Assembly (NCBI GenBank): GCA_965277805.1
Contig: OZ255842.1
Span: 2,176,001 to 2,240,000, forward strand
Origin: Candidatus Lustribacter sp.
Lineage (GTDB): Bacteria; Vulcanimicrobiota; Vulcanimicrobiia; Vulcanimicrobiales; Vulcanimicrobiaceae
Direction of reading: 5' to 3'
DNA: 64,000 nt
Shown here piece by piece: positions 55,223-64,000 of this stretch; the stretch's first letter is position 1; every line of letters begins with the position of its first letter. The notes below the pieces were generated by a model. It did not search any database, had not been told where the DNA came from, and worked only from the letters and a program-made list of their open reading frames with translations. The position numbers and the translations under genes were made by a program.

Positions 55223-56686
55223 ATGGCGACGACGTTTCCGGCCACGCCCACCTTCAGCGGGTTCAACGCCCCCGTCCGCACCGAAGTCGAGCTCTTCGAT
55301 CTCGAGGTAACGGAGGGCGCGATCCCGGCCGATCTCGCCGGCACGTTTTATCGCTGCGGACCCGATCCGCAATTCCCGCCCAAGCTCGGATCCGATATCT
55401 ACCTCAACGGCGACGGCATCGTGACGATGTTCCGCTTTGCGAACGGTCACGTCGATATGAAGAGCCGGTACGTCCGCACCGAGAAGTTCGAAGCCGAACG
55501 CGCCGCCCGCAAGGCGCTCTTCGGCGCATATCGCAATCCGTTTACCGACGATCCATCCGTTGCCGGCAAAAGCCGCGGCACCGCAAACACCAACGTCCTC
55601 TGGCACGGCGGCAAGCTGCTCGCGCTCAAAGAAGATAGCCCGCCGGTGCAGATCGATCCCGACACGCTCGAGACGATCGGTCCGTGGACGTTTGGCGGCG
55701 CGATGAAGAGCCTCACTGCGACCGCGCATCCGAAGATCGATCCGCAAACGGGCGAACTCTTCTTCTACGGCTTCGCCGCCAAGGGCGAGACGACGCCCGA
55801 TATCGCCTTCTATGTCGCCGACCCGAGCGGCAAGATCACACGCGAAGTCTGGCTCAAGGCGCCCTATTCGAGCATGGTCCACGACTTCGCCGTAACGCGC
55901 GACTACGTCATCTTTCCGATCATCGGTCTGACCAGCGACCTCGAACGCCTCAAGGCGGGCGGTTCGCACTACATGTGGGATTCATCGCGCGACTTCTACG
56001 TCGGCATCATGCCGCGCACCGGCGGCGCCGAAGATGTGCGCTGGTTCAAGGGTCCGACGCGTTTCGTTTCGCACATGCTCAACGCGTTCAACGTCGGCAC
56101 CACGGTGTATCTCGACTGTCCGGTTGCTGAGAGCAATATGTTTCCGTTCTTTCCGAACATCGACGGCACGCCGTTCGACCGTTCGAAAGCGATCTCGTCG
56201 CTGTGCCGGATGACGTTCGACATGGCGGCCGGCGGCGACGCGTTTGGGCAAGAAACGCGCGTACCGATCTTCTGTGAGTTCCCGATCGTCGACCCGCGCT
56301 ACGCCATGAGCGAACACCGCTACGGCTTCATGCCCTATGTCGACCGCAGCTTGCCGCCGCCGGCCGGTCTCGGCGGCGCCACCGGCCTCAACTTCAACTG
56401 CCTCGCCCGCGTCGAACCCGGAACCGGAGCCGTAACGACGCACGTCGTCGGCGAGCAGGCCACCTCGCAGGAACCGATGTTCATCCCGCGCGGGCGCGGC
56501 GGCGCGGAGGGCGACGGATACGTCATCGCCGTGCTCAACCGCTACGACGAACAGCGTTCGGATCTGATCCTGCTCGATGCGCAGCACATGGACGCACCGC
56601 CGGTAGCGCGGATGCGCATCCCGCTGCGGCTGCGCAATGCATTCCACGGCATCTGGGTTTCTCAAGAAGATCGGAAGCACGCATGA
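55223..56686 (+). CDS. Lignostilbene alpha,beta-dioxygenase-type carotenoid oxygenase family protein
   Basis: Four Fe His (TAHPK, VHDF, VSHM, FHG) plus YRNP and LKED substrate residues typical of LSD enzymes. Confidence 0.9.
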   Translation: MATTFPATPTFSGFNAPVRTEVELFDLEVTEGAIPADLAGTFYRCGPDPQFPPKLGSDIYLNGDGIVTMFRFANGHVDMKSRYVRTEKFEAERAARKALFGAYRNPFTDDPSVAGKSRGTANTNVLWHGGKLLALKEDSPPVQIDPDTLETIGPWTFGGAMKSLTATAHPKIDPQTGELFFYGFAAKGETTPDIAFYVADPSGKITREVWLKAPYSSMVHDFAVTRDYVIFPIIGLTSDLERLKAGGSHYMWDSSRDFYVGIMPRTGGAEDVRWFKGPTRFVSHMLNAFNVGTTVYLDCPVAESNMFPFFPNIDGTPFDRSKAISSLCRMTFDMAAGGDAFGQETRVPIFCEFPIVDPRYAMSEHRYGFMPYVDRSLPPPAGLGGATGLNFNCLARVEPGTGAVTTHVVGEQATSQEPMFIPRGRGGAEGDGYVIAVLNRYDEQRSDLILLDAQHMDAPPVARMRIPLRLRNAFHGIWVSQEDRKHA

Positions 56687-57171
56687 ATCCCGAACTCGGC
56701 CAGAACGGGGTCGTTCCCCAGTTCGAATTCGCTTTCGCGGTAAAGCTCGTCCTCACGCCCGCACTCTGGCCGGGCGAGATGCCGCGCGGCGGCAAGCGCG
56801 TTTTCGTCGGTATCGAGAGCGGTGAATTCGAGGGGCCGAACATCAAGGGCATCGTGGTGCCGGGGTCGGGCGGCGACTACGCCGACGCGCGGCGCGACGG
56901 CGTGCTCGACTTCGATGCGCGCTACATGCTCAAAGAAGACGACGGCACCGTCATCTACCTGCAAAACCGGGGCTTCCGCTGGGGAACGGAAGACGCGATG
57001 GCGCGTATGCGCGCACAAGAAGCGCTTCCGGCGAGCGACTACTACATGCGCGTCGCGCCCAAATTTGAAGTCGAAGCCGGCAAACACGACTGGCTCAACA
57101 AGTACGTCTTCGTCGGCGTCGCGGAAAAGATTCCGCGTGGCAACATCATCCGCTACTTCAAGGTTCTCTGA
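56683..57171 (+). CDS. DUF3237 family protein
   Basis: GEFEGPNIKG, GGDY, DARYMLKEDDG, YYMRVAPKFE, HDWLN. Confidence 0.88.
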   Translation: MNPELGQNGVVPQFEFAFAVKLVLTPALWPGEMPRGGKRVFVGIESGEFEGPNIKGIVVPGSGGDYADARRDGVLDFDARYMLKEDDGTVIYLQNRGFRWGTEDAMARMRAQEALPASDYYMRVAPKFEVEAGKHDWLNKYVFVGVAEKIPRGNIIRYFKVL

Positions 57172-57184
57172 GGAGCACTCGGCC

Positions 57185-58213
57185 ATGCTAGCCTTCGCAC
57201 GGTCCCTGGTTCTCGCTCTTGCGACGGTCGTTGCGACACTCGCACCGGCAGCCGCCCAGCCGGCACCCGATCGCATCCGGCTCTCCCTCAACCCCGGCTC
57301 GTATGCGTATCTGCCGATCTTCGTAGCGGCCGACAAGGGCTACTTTACCGAGCAGCACCTCGACGTGCAAATTTCCAAGTACACCGGTTCTTCGCTGACC
57401 CAACTGCCGTTGCTCGCGCGTGGAGATCTCGACATGGCGCCCGTCGTGGTGGGCCCGGGTTTCTTCAATCAGTTCACGCAAGGGTTCGATTTGAAGCTGC
57501 TCGGGTCGATCGACCAGTCGCAGCCGGGCTGGCACGATACCGGCTGTCTGCTGGTACGCCAAGACGTGTGGGCTTCCGGTGCGGTGCGTAAGATCGCCGA
57601 TCTCAAAGGCAAACTCGTCGACGGCGGTCTGGATGGCACGCCTCAAAATTATCTCTTGAAGCAAGCGATCCTCAAGGGCGGCCTCAAGTTCAGCGACATG
57701 ACGTACACGGATAAGTTCAAGACCGTGCCCGACGTTTTCGCGGCGTTGCGCAACCGCGCCGTGGACGTCGTCAACGGCGCCGAACCCATCTGCACCCAGA
57801 TGCAAGCCGAAGGTCTCGCGCACAAGTGGCTCACGTTTAGCGACGTGATTCCCGGTTTTCAAGCCAGCTTCGTTACCTCGTCTGATGAGTTTCTGAAAAC
57901 CCATCGCGACGCCGTCAAGCGGTTCTTCCTCGCGCTGCTCAAAGCCGAGAAAGAGATCAAAGCGGTCAACGGCAAATGGACGCCGGCGCTCATCGCAACG
58001 GTGGCCAAATGGGCGGAGATCCCCGCGGCAACCGTCGCTACGTTGCCCGGACCTCCCTATTCAGGTCAGTTCGGTACGATCGATGCAACCTCGATCCGGA
58101 CGCAGCAGGCGTTCTGGATGACGGAGGGGACCGTGAAGCAAGCCGTTATTGTGAACGACATCATCGATACATCGGTGCTGAACGACGCGCGCCACGCGAG
58201 CGGTGTTCGCTAG
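57185..58213 (+). CDS. NitT/TauT solute-binding protein, orphan
   Basis: MLAFARSL signal; KGYFTEQHLDV, ADLKGK. Confidence 0.87.
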   Translation: MLAFARSLVLALATVVATLAPAAAQPAPDRIRLSLNPGSYAYLPIFVAADKGYFTEQHLDVQISKYTGSSLTQLPLLARGDLDMAPVVVGPGFFNQFTQGFDLKLLGSIDQSQPGWHDTGCLLVRQDVWASGAVRKIADLKGKLVDGGLDGTPQNYLLKQAILKGGLKFSDMTYTDKFKTVPDVFAALRNRAVDVVNGAEPICTQMQAEGLAHKWLTFSDVIPGFQASFVTSSDEFLKTHRDAVKRFFLALLKAEKEIKAVNGKWTPALIATVAKWAEIPAATVATLPGPPYSGQFGTIDATSIRTQQAFWMTEGTVKQAVIVNDIIDTSVLNDARHASGVR

Positions 58214-58216
58214 GCG

Positions 58217-59764
58217 CTACGGCGCGCCGGAATTCGGCGTTCCCATCGCGGGGCTGCTCAACAGATACATGCCGCCGTTCGTGAAAGCCCAGATCAAGTT
58301 GCGATCCCATTCGATCGCGGTGCATTCGATCGGCGCCTTCACCGGTTCGGCAGCGTTCTTCCGGTCGGTCATCGGCGAGACGAAATAGGCCGTGATCTTC
58401 GCGTCGGCCGGATCGGTAATGTCGAAAATCTGAACGCCGCCTGTCTGGAACGGAAAGATCACCAGGTTCGGGTTCGCTTTACCGGGATGCCAGTAATATG
58501 CAGAACGCTTCGGGCCGAACTTGCCGCGCCGCAAAACGAAATCGGTGTACGGCGCTTCTTTCGGCGGCACCGGCCGCGGTAACGTCCCGATGATCGCCGG
58601 TTTGGCCGGATCCTTGACGTCGACGATGTAGACGTCCTTATAGGGCTCGTAACCGTCTTCGTTCATCGGATAGCCGTTGACCAAAACGAAGCCGCGCTCG
58701 GCGGCTCGCGTCGCGTCGATGTGATCGCCTTCGATGCCGCCAACGTTCAGCGGCAGCTCGAGACTTCCGAGCGTTTTGATATTGTTCGGATCCGCCAGGT
58801 CGAGCACGTGGAACCCGAGCCCGCCCATCACCGTGTACCCGTAGCGGCCGCCCTCTTCGAGCGGCTTGTCGACGACGATCGGCATGCGACCGCCGACCCA
58901 CGACGTGCGATTACCGTATTGCCGCCAGGCGTGATACGCATCTTCTTCGCCCAGGCGCTGGCCGGGAACCCACCAGCTGTTGACCAGCTTCGGGTTGGCC
59001 GGATCCTCGACGTCGAAGATCTGCTGTCCGGGTGAATACAGATAGCTCGGATATTCCTGATGGATGAACGTGTTGTCGGGCGCCGCACAGACGAACGCAT
59101 ACTTGCCGCCGTAATACGTCGGTGAGTCGAGCGCACCCGATCCCTCCTGCGCATGCGCGTGCGGATGCAATGGATCGGTGCTGATCTCGCCGATCTGCTT
59201 CCATTCGATCGGGCTCGTCATCTCGAAAATGCGAATTCCGCGCAGGCCGGGATTCGATTTGACCTTCGCGACTTTCACGGGATCGGTATACTTCGCGCCG
59301 CCGAGCGCCGCCGGGCCGCTACGCGGTACCTCGAAGGATTGGATCATGATCCACTTGCCGAGCTTCTTGTTGAACGCGATGGCCGCCGCGCCGAAAAACT
59401 CGGGGCCTTCCGGATACCGCTTCTCGAGAACGACCTTGAGGCTCTTCGGTTCGGTGATGTCGTACACGTTTACGCGCGCGCGGTAGTAATGATACATGTA
59501 CCGGCGGCCGTTCATGTCGATGATGTTTTGGAAGCTGACGCCGGGAATGACGAGCTCGGGCCAGCGTCCTTCGACCGTCATGTTATGGACGTATTCGGCA
59601 TCCTCGAGATAGTCGAGGCTCCCTTTAACCGGCCGCGGCCCCTGTGTGTACGGCGCCGCCGCCGGATGCTTGTAGATGCCGGTCGCGGGATCGACGCCGA
59701 ACGTCGACGGATCCGGATGGCTCGGCTCGTTTGGTCCGCGCGGCGGGGTGACGGTTTCACTCAC
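58217..59764 (-). CDS. LVIVD-repeat beta-propeller protein of unknown function
   Basis: Repeated VYDITEP, IFDVEDPANP, VLDLADP, IVDVKDPAKP, IFDITDP. Confidence 0.78.
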   Translation of the reverse strand: MSETVTPPRGPNEPSHPDPSTFGVDPATGIYKHPAAAPYTQGPRPVKGSLDYLEDAEYVHNMTVEGRWPELVIPGVSFQNIIDMNGRRYMYHYYRARVNVYDITEPKSLKVVLEKRYPEGPEFFGAAAIAFNKKLGKWIMIQSFEVPRSGPAALGGAKYTDPVKVAKVKSNPGLRGIRIFEMTSPIEWKQIGEISTDPLHPHAHAQEGSGALDSPTYYGGKYAFVCAAPDNTFIHQEYPSYLYSPGQQIFDVEDPANPKLVNSWWVPGQRLGEEDAYHAWRQYGNRTSWVGGRMPIVVDKPLEEGGRYGYTVMGGLGFHVLDLADPNNIKTLGSLELPLNVGGIEGDHIDATRAAERGFVLVNGYPMNEDGYEPYKDVYIVDVKDPAKPAIIGTLPRPVPPKEAPYTDFVLRRGKFGPKRSAYYWHPGKANPNLVIFPFQTGGVQIFDITDPADAKITAYFVSPMTDRKNAAEPVKAPIECTAIEWDRNLIWAFTNGGMYLLSSPAMGTPNSGAP

Positions 59765-59778
59765 GATTCGACGACTCC

Positions 59779-60990
59779 CTAAAGAAAGATATCGCGGTTG
59801 TCCGCTTCGCTGCCGCCGAGCATCACCCGGCCCCAGCCGCGGCCCGCCGGCTCGTACTGATTGTTCACGTGCTGCCGGCCGACGTTGATGTCGGCCAAAA
59901 ACCGGCCGAACGGGCTGCTCTCAACGTAGATGCCCGATGCACCGGCGGCCTTGAAGAGACGCGCGGCCAAGAGACTTGCGCGTTCGACCGCATAGGAGAC
60001 CTGAAACTTGTACTGCATCCGCTCCCGCAGCGGCGGCGTCTCGCCGCGCGCGGCGTAGTCCGTCAATGTGGCGATGTTGCGGTTGAACGCGAGCTTGCAC
60101 TCATCGATTGCGACCGCCGTTTCCGCACACAGCAGCTGTGCGACCGGATCTTGCTGCGTCGGGCCGATGCCGCGCGCGATGCGCTTCTGACCGTACGCGA
60201 GATAGGCATCCAGCATGCCTTGAAGTCCGCCGATCATGAGCGTCGAGACGCTCATCGCGAACACCTGACCGAACGGGATCCGATAGAGCGGCGCCGTGTT
60301 GACGGCCTGACCCGGTCCCGTGCAGAGAAAGAGATCGCTTTGCTTGATCGCGCGGTGTGCCGGAATGAACGCGTCCTCGACGACGATGTCGCGGCTGCCG
60401 GTGCCGCGCAGTCCGGCAACGTTCCACGTGTCGACGATCTGATAATCGGAACGCGGCAACAGCACGCGCCACTCCGCAGCACCGCCCGCCGCATCTTCCA
60501 CGCGGCAGCCGCCGAGAAACGTCCAGTCGGTGTGGTCGCAGCCGCTCGCAAAACGCCAGCGTCCGGTGAGGCGAAAGCCGCCCTCTACCGGGATCGCCTT
60601 GTTGCCGGGACCCCCGGCGGACGTGCCGCAAATCAGCACCGACTGATCGCTGCCCCAGACGTCTTGCGCCGTGCGGTCGTCGAACAGCGCCATCAGAAAC
60701 GGCTCGACGGCAAGCACCGCGTACACCCACGCGGTCGACATGCAGCCTTCAGCCAGAGTCATCTGGATATCATTGGCCACGTCGAGGCCTAGTTCGTAAC
60801 CGCCCCAGCGTTTTGGCTGCATGACGCGAAAAAGGCCCGCGGCTTGCATCTCGGCGATCGACTCTTTCGGCACGACGCGATCGTGCTCGGTCTGCGCGGC
60901 GCGCTGCGCGAGAACCGGAACGAGCGCGCGCGCTCGCGCGATCAGTTGGGCGCCGCCGGGAATCGTATCCGTCTTGGCAATCGTATCCAT
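59779..60990 (-). CDS. Acyl-CoA dehydrogenase-fold flavin monooxygenase (HsaA/group D type)
   Basis: QPKRWGG, GCMSTAW, WRFASGCDH, WNVAGLRGTGS; GGAGA RBS before ATG 60990. Confidence 0.88.
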   Translation of the reverse strand: MDTIAKTDTIPGGAQLIARARALVPVLAQRAAQTEHDRVVPKESIAEMQAAGLFRVMQPKRWGGYELGLDVANDIQMTLAEGCMSTAWVYAVLAVEPFLMALFDDRTAQDVWGSDQSVLICGTSAGGPGNKAIPVEGGFRLTGRWRFASGCDHTDWTFLGGCRVEDAAGGAAEWRVLLPRSDYQIVDTWNVAGLRGTGSRDIVVEDAFIPAHRAIKQSDLFLCTGPGQAVNTAPLYRIPFGQVFAMSVSTLMIGGLQGMLDAYLAYGQKRIARGIGPTQQDPVAQLLCAETAVAIDECKLAFNRNIATLTDYAARGETPPLRERMQYKFQVSYAVERASLLAARLFKAAGASGIYVESSPFGRFLADINVGRQHVNNQYEPAGRGWGRVMLGGSEADNRDIFL

Positions 60991-61004
60991 CAACGCATCT
61001 CCAT

Positions 61005-61670
61005 TCAAACGTGACCGAACTTTTGCAACGCATCTTGAAGGGTAAGTCCGCCGGCGACTTCGGCCCGGATCCGCTGCTCGACGGCGGTCAACTGTTCGGA
61101 CCGTTCCAGCACGGCGACGACGATGTCCGACGGGATGACGATCACGCCATCCTCATCGCCCAGAACGAAATCCCCCGGCTTGACCAGCACGCGTGCCGTG
61201 GTCGCTCCGCGTATGTAGACGTCTTCCTGACAACCCGTCACGCGCCAGCGGCCGATCGACTGCACCGGCGTTCGATAACGCGCGTACACGGGAAAGCCCA
61301 TCTCTCCGATCCAGCGAACGTCGCGAATTCCGCCGTCGACGACCGCGCCCACGCTGCCCCGTTCGCGCATGCCGAGCGCGATCAATTCGCCGAAGTAGCA
61401 GATGCCGTCGCCGTCACCGCTCCAGACGCTGACTTGGCCGGCGCCGATTCCGTTCGCGGCCGCCATCTTCGCCGCATCACCAGTGCCTTCGTAGGGAACC
61501 ATCTGTCCGCGCACGGTGTACGCCCAACCGGCGAGCTTGCCGGCAGAGGCGGGATACGGCGCAAACTCGGCGCTCAAGCCCTGATCGAAATGGCCGAGTT
61601 CATCGAGGATGTCGGCCACGACCGATGTGTCGATGCCGGCGAACCGCGTCCGGATATCGTCGTTGTTCAT
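61005..61670 (-). CDS. RraA/HMG aldolase family protein
   Basis: VADILD, YFGELI, VDGGIRD, PGDFVLGDEDGV. Confidence 0.88.
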   Translation of the reverse strand: MNNDDIRTRFAGIDTSVVADILDELGHFDQGLSAEFAPYPASAGKLAGWAYTVRGQMVPYEGTGDAAKMAAANGIGAGQVSVWSGDGDGICYFGELIALGMRERGSVGAVVDGGIRDVRWIGEMGFPVYARYRTPVQSIGRWRVTGCQEDVYIRGATTARVLVKPGDFVLGDEDGVIVIPSDIVVAVLERSEQLTAVEQRIRAEVAGGLTLQDALQKFGHV

Positions 61671-61677
61671 GCGTTCC

Positions 61678-62481
61678 TCAACTGCCGACGCGCAACGGCG
61701 AAACCAAACCGCGCAAGAGAGCGAGGGTGGAAAGCGCGGTGATCTTGCCGGTCTTCGGATTTTCTTCGCTCGGGACGTTTTCGATCATCATCGTGAGCCG
61801 CGCGCTGTCGGCTTCAACGACGATGCGATGGGTGTTGCGCGTCAGCGCCGGATCGGCCCAAATTTCCATCTGCGTGCGATCCGGGCCGATGCCCGCGAGA
61901 CTCAACGCGGCCGCGACGTTGACGTTGGCCGGAAAGCCGCGCGCCCCGTCGCGCGCGCTGCCCGCGAACACGAGCAGCGGCTCGGTGAGGCCGTCGACGC
62001 TGATGCCGTGCTCGAGCAGATAGGGCGCACCCGCAAGTCCGGCCGGCGGCTTCCGCGTCACCATATTCACCGACGCGACCGCACCTTCGGCCGCCGCCTT
62101 GACGGCATCGAGCCCGAGAAGTGCGCCGGTCGGCACGAGAATGCGCGCGCCGGTCGCCCGCGCCGTTTCGATGAGATCGCCTTCGTCGAGCAACGCGCCG
62201 ACGGACAGCGGAACGAAGATGCGGCCTTTCGCGATCACCGGCTCGGCAACGGACCGGAAGAGCGCGCGCGGCAACGACTCGACTACGATGTCGCACGCAT
62301 CGGCGAGCCCGTCAAAGTCCAGACTCGGAACGGCGGAGCCGAGCCGGCCGGCAACCGTCGCGGCGTTCCGGACCGCGACGGCCGTCAGTTCGAGCTCGGG
62401 GATCGCACCGGCGAGCAGCGCTCGCCCCAGGGCGGTGCCGATGGCGCCGAGACCGGCGATGCCCACCCGCAAGCGGCTCAG
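61678..62481 (-). CDS. nadX: L-aspartate dehydrogenase
   Basis: GIAGLGAIG, SVGAL, PTGALLGLD, FPANVNVAAA, ENPKTG; start CTG 62481 or TTG 62472. Confidence 0.88.
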   Translation of the reverse strand: MSRLRVGIAGLGAIGTALGRALLAGAIPELELTAVAVRNAATVAGRLGSAVPSLDFDGLADACDIVVESLPRALFRSVAEPVIAKGRIFVPLSVGALLDEGDLIETARATGARILVPTGALLGLDAVKAAAEGAVASVNMVTRKPPAGLAGAPYLLEHGISVDGLTEPLLVFAGSARDGARGFPANVNVAAALSLAGIGPDRTQMEIWADPALTRNTHRIVVEADSARLTMMIENVPSEENPKTGKITALSTLALLRGLVSPLRVGS

Positions 62482-63146
62482 GCGACCACGCCCTCGCGGT
62501 TGCGAATGATGCGCAGAACGTTGTTGCTCAGGCGTGCGTCGTGATCGCGCATCGCGATGAACGCCGCCTCCGGTTCGCCCGCGAAGATCGCGCGTGCGAT
62601 GGCCTCGTGCTCGGCGTGTGAAACTTCGAGCCGGCCTTCGACTTCGGGTTGCGTTTGGCGATAGGGCGCGAGGCGATCGCGGAGGTCGCCGAGCATCGTG
62701 ATGAGGACGCCGTTGTGCGTGCCGCGCGCGATGGCCGCGTGAAATTGATTGTTCGCATCGAGGTAGCTCGAATAGTCGCCGCTCACCGCGCGCTGCGCGC
62801 ACAGCTGATGCAACAGCTCGAGTTCTTTGCGCTCCATCGTGGTCATCAACTCGGTCGCGCGGCGCGCGCAGAGCGCCTCGATCTCGCACTGCGCTTCGAA
62901 CAGCTCCGAAAGCTGGTCGAGCGAGATCGTGGCGACGACGACGCCCCGGCGCGGCATGATCTCGACCAGCCCGCGCTCTTGCAGGCCACGCAGCGCCTCG
63001 CGGACAGGCGTCCGCGATACCTCGAAGCGCTCGGCCAGGTCGCGCTCGTCGAGGCGTTCGCCGGGCTTGATGACGCCCGTGATGATCTGCTCGGCTAGCG
63101 TCTCGTAGAGCCGCCGGCCCATCGTCGGTGATTCCATGCTGGGCAC
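62478..63146 (-). CDS. GntR family regulator (FCD domain)
   Basis: PGERLDERDLAERFEVSRTPVREAL, FHAAI, EHEAI. Confidence 0.92.
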   Translation of the reverse strand: MPSMESPTMGRRLYETLAEQIITGVIKPGERLDERDLAERFEVSRTPVREALRGLQERGLVEIMPRRGVVVATISLDQLSELFEAQCEIEALCARRATELMTTMERKELELLHQLCAQRAVSGDYSSYLDANNQFHAAIARGTHNGVLITMLGDLRDRLAPYRQTQPEVEGRLEVSHAEHEAIARAIFAGEPEAAFIAMRDHDARLSNNVLRIIRNREGVVA

Positions 63147-63148
63147 CC

Positions 63149-63197
63149 TTGACTATCTGGTATACCAATGATAGCGTTTCGTATACCAGAGCGTCAA
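63149..63197. promoter_or_regulatory. GntR/FadR-type operators with overlapping divergent promoters
   Basis: TGGTATACCA 63158-67 and TCGTATACCA 63179-88; plus strand TTGACT-17-TAGCGT; minus strand TTGACG-18-TATCAT. Confidence 0.72.
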
Positions 63198-63210
63198 CAG
63201 GGAGTACCCG

Positions 63211-63642
63211 ATGACCAAGTTGCGCCATATCGCGATTGCCGTCCGCGACCCCGAGGCCTGCGCCAAATTCTTCGAAAGCGCGTTCGGGATGACGCGCGCC
63301 GGCAACGCCATGCGCGGCGTGTATCTGACTGACGGCACGGTGAACGTCGCCCTCCTGGACTTCAAAGATGAAGTCGTCGCCGGCCATGAAGACCGGCCCG
63401 GCGTACAAGGCATCATCCACTTCGGCATGTGGGTCGACAACCTCGATGAGTCCGAGGCAGCGATCACCGCAGCCGGCGGCAAGTATCTGACCGGCCGCCA
63501 AGAGGGCGAAACCTCAAACCCCAACGTGTTCTATGAGGTGAAGTACACGACACCGGAAGGCTTCGTCTTCGACATCACGGAGACGGGCTGGCGCGGCGCG
63601 GTCAAGGACGTCATTCCGGCGCCCGATCTGGCGGCGAAATGA
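63211..63642 (+). CDS. VOC/glyoxalase family protein
   Basis: KLRHIAIAVRDP, YLTDG, IIHFG, YEVKY. Confidence 0.9.
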   Translation: MTKLRHIAIAVRDPEACAKFFESAFGMTRAGNAMRGVYLTDGTVNVALLDFKDEVVAGHEDRPGVQGIIHFGMWVDNLDESEAAITAAGGKYLTGRQEGETSNPNVFYEVKYTTPEGFVFDITETGWRGAVKDVIPAPDLAAK

Positions 63643-64000
63643 ATCGGCGCGAAATCATCGGCGGCCTGGCTGCCGGCGCTTCGATCCCGTTGCTTGGCGC
63701 CGCGCCCACACCGCCCAAACGCGGCGGCATCTTGCGCGTTGCGGCCGACTTTCAGCCGACGAACCTCGATCCGATCGCCGGATCGCAAGGCGGCGACTTC
63801 CGTTTTCTGTATCCGATCTATCAGTCGCTGGTCGATTGGGACCCGAGTACGCTGAAAGCGGTTCCGGGCCTCGCGACAAAATGGACGTTCACCGATCCGC
63901 AAACGCTCGTGCTCGAACTGCGCCAAGGCGTCAAGTTCCACGACGGAACGCGCTTCGACGCGGCGGCGGCGAAGTTCAATCTCGATCGTTCGAAAACGGA
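63639..64000 (+). CDS. Peptide/nickel ABC solute-binding protein family 5 (Tat), truncated at right edge
   Basis: Own translation MNRREIIGG...PKRGGILRV...LDP...VPGLATKW...LRQGVKFHDGTRFDA. Confidence 0.88.
   Translation, partial: MNRREIIGGLAAGASIPLLGAAPTPPKRGGILRVAADFQPTNLDPIAGSQGGDFRFLYPIYQSLVDWDPSTLKAVPGLATKWTFTDPQTLVLELRQGVKFHDGTRFDAAAAKFNLDRSKT

Noticed and set aside
60961-60988. Short direct repeat AATCGTATCC at the start of the monooxygenase
   Set aside because: Only 10 bp, encodes DTI twice, with no sign of an insertion or regulatory role

Overview
A GC-rich bacterial window, almost fully coding, devoted to aromatic and organosulfur catabolism. The style of its many solute-binding proteins suggests a soil lineage such as Eremiobacterota/Vulcanimicrobiota (inference only). 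It holds a double-HTH LysR-controlled operon (OphC-like decarboxylases, LigJ, a COG3618 lactonase, a DesZ-like dioxygenase), four Rieske oxygenase alpha subunits, a lignostilbene-type dioxygenase with three DUF3237 genes, two LLM monooxygenases, and about 15 ABC solute-binding proteins, mostly orphan. No rRNA, tRNA, CRISPR or transposase was seen. The most notable structure absent from the ORF track is at 36361-36705. A perfect 22-bp palindrome supplies back-to-back TTGACA -35 boxes for two divergent, apparently leaderless, Cys-rich leader peptides (MSFVNRCCC..., MSARRFVCTCPCC...). Each is followed by an intrinsic terminator in front of AsfAB-like or sulfonate ABC genes, consistent with a bidirectional cysteine-sensing attenuator. 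A family of seven co-oriented REP-like palindromes is also present, two of them in frame within ORFs, and most sit inside a local A+C-rich strand-skew halo.
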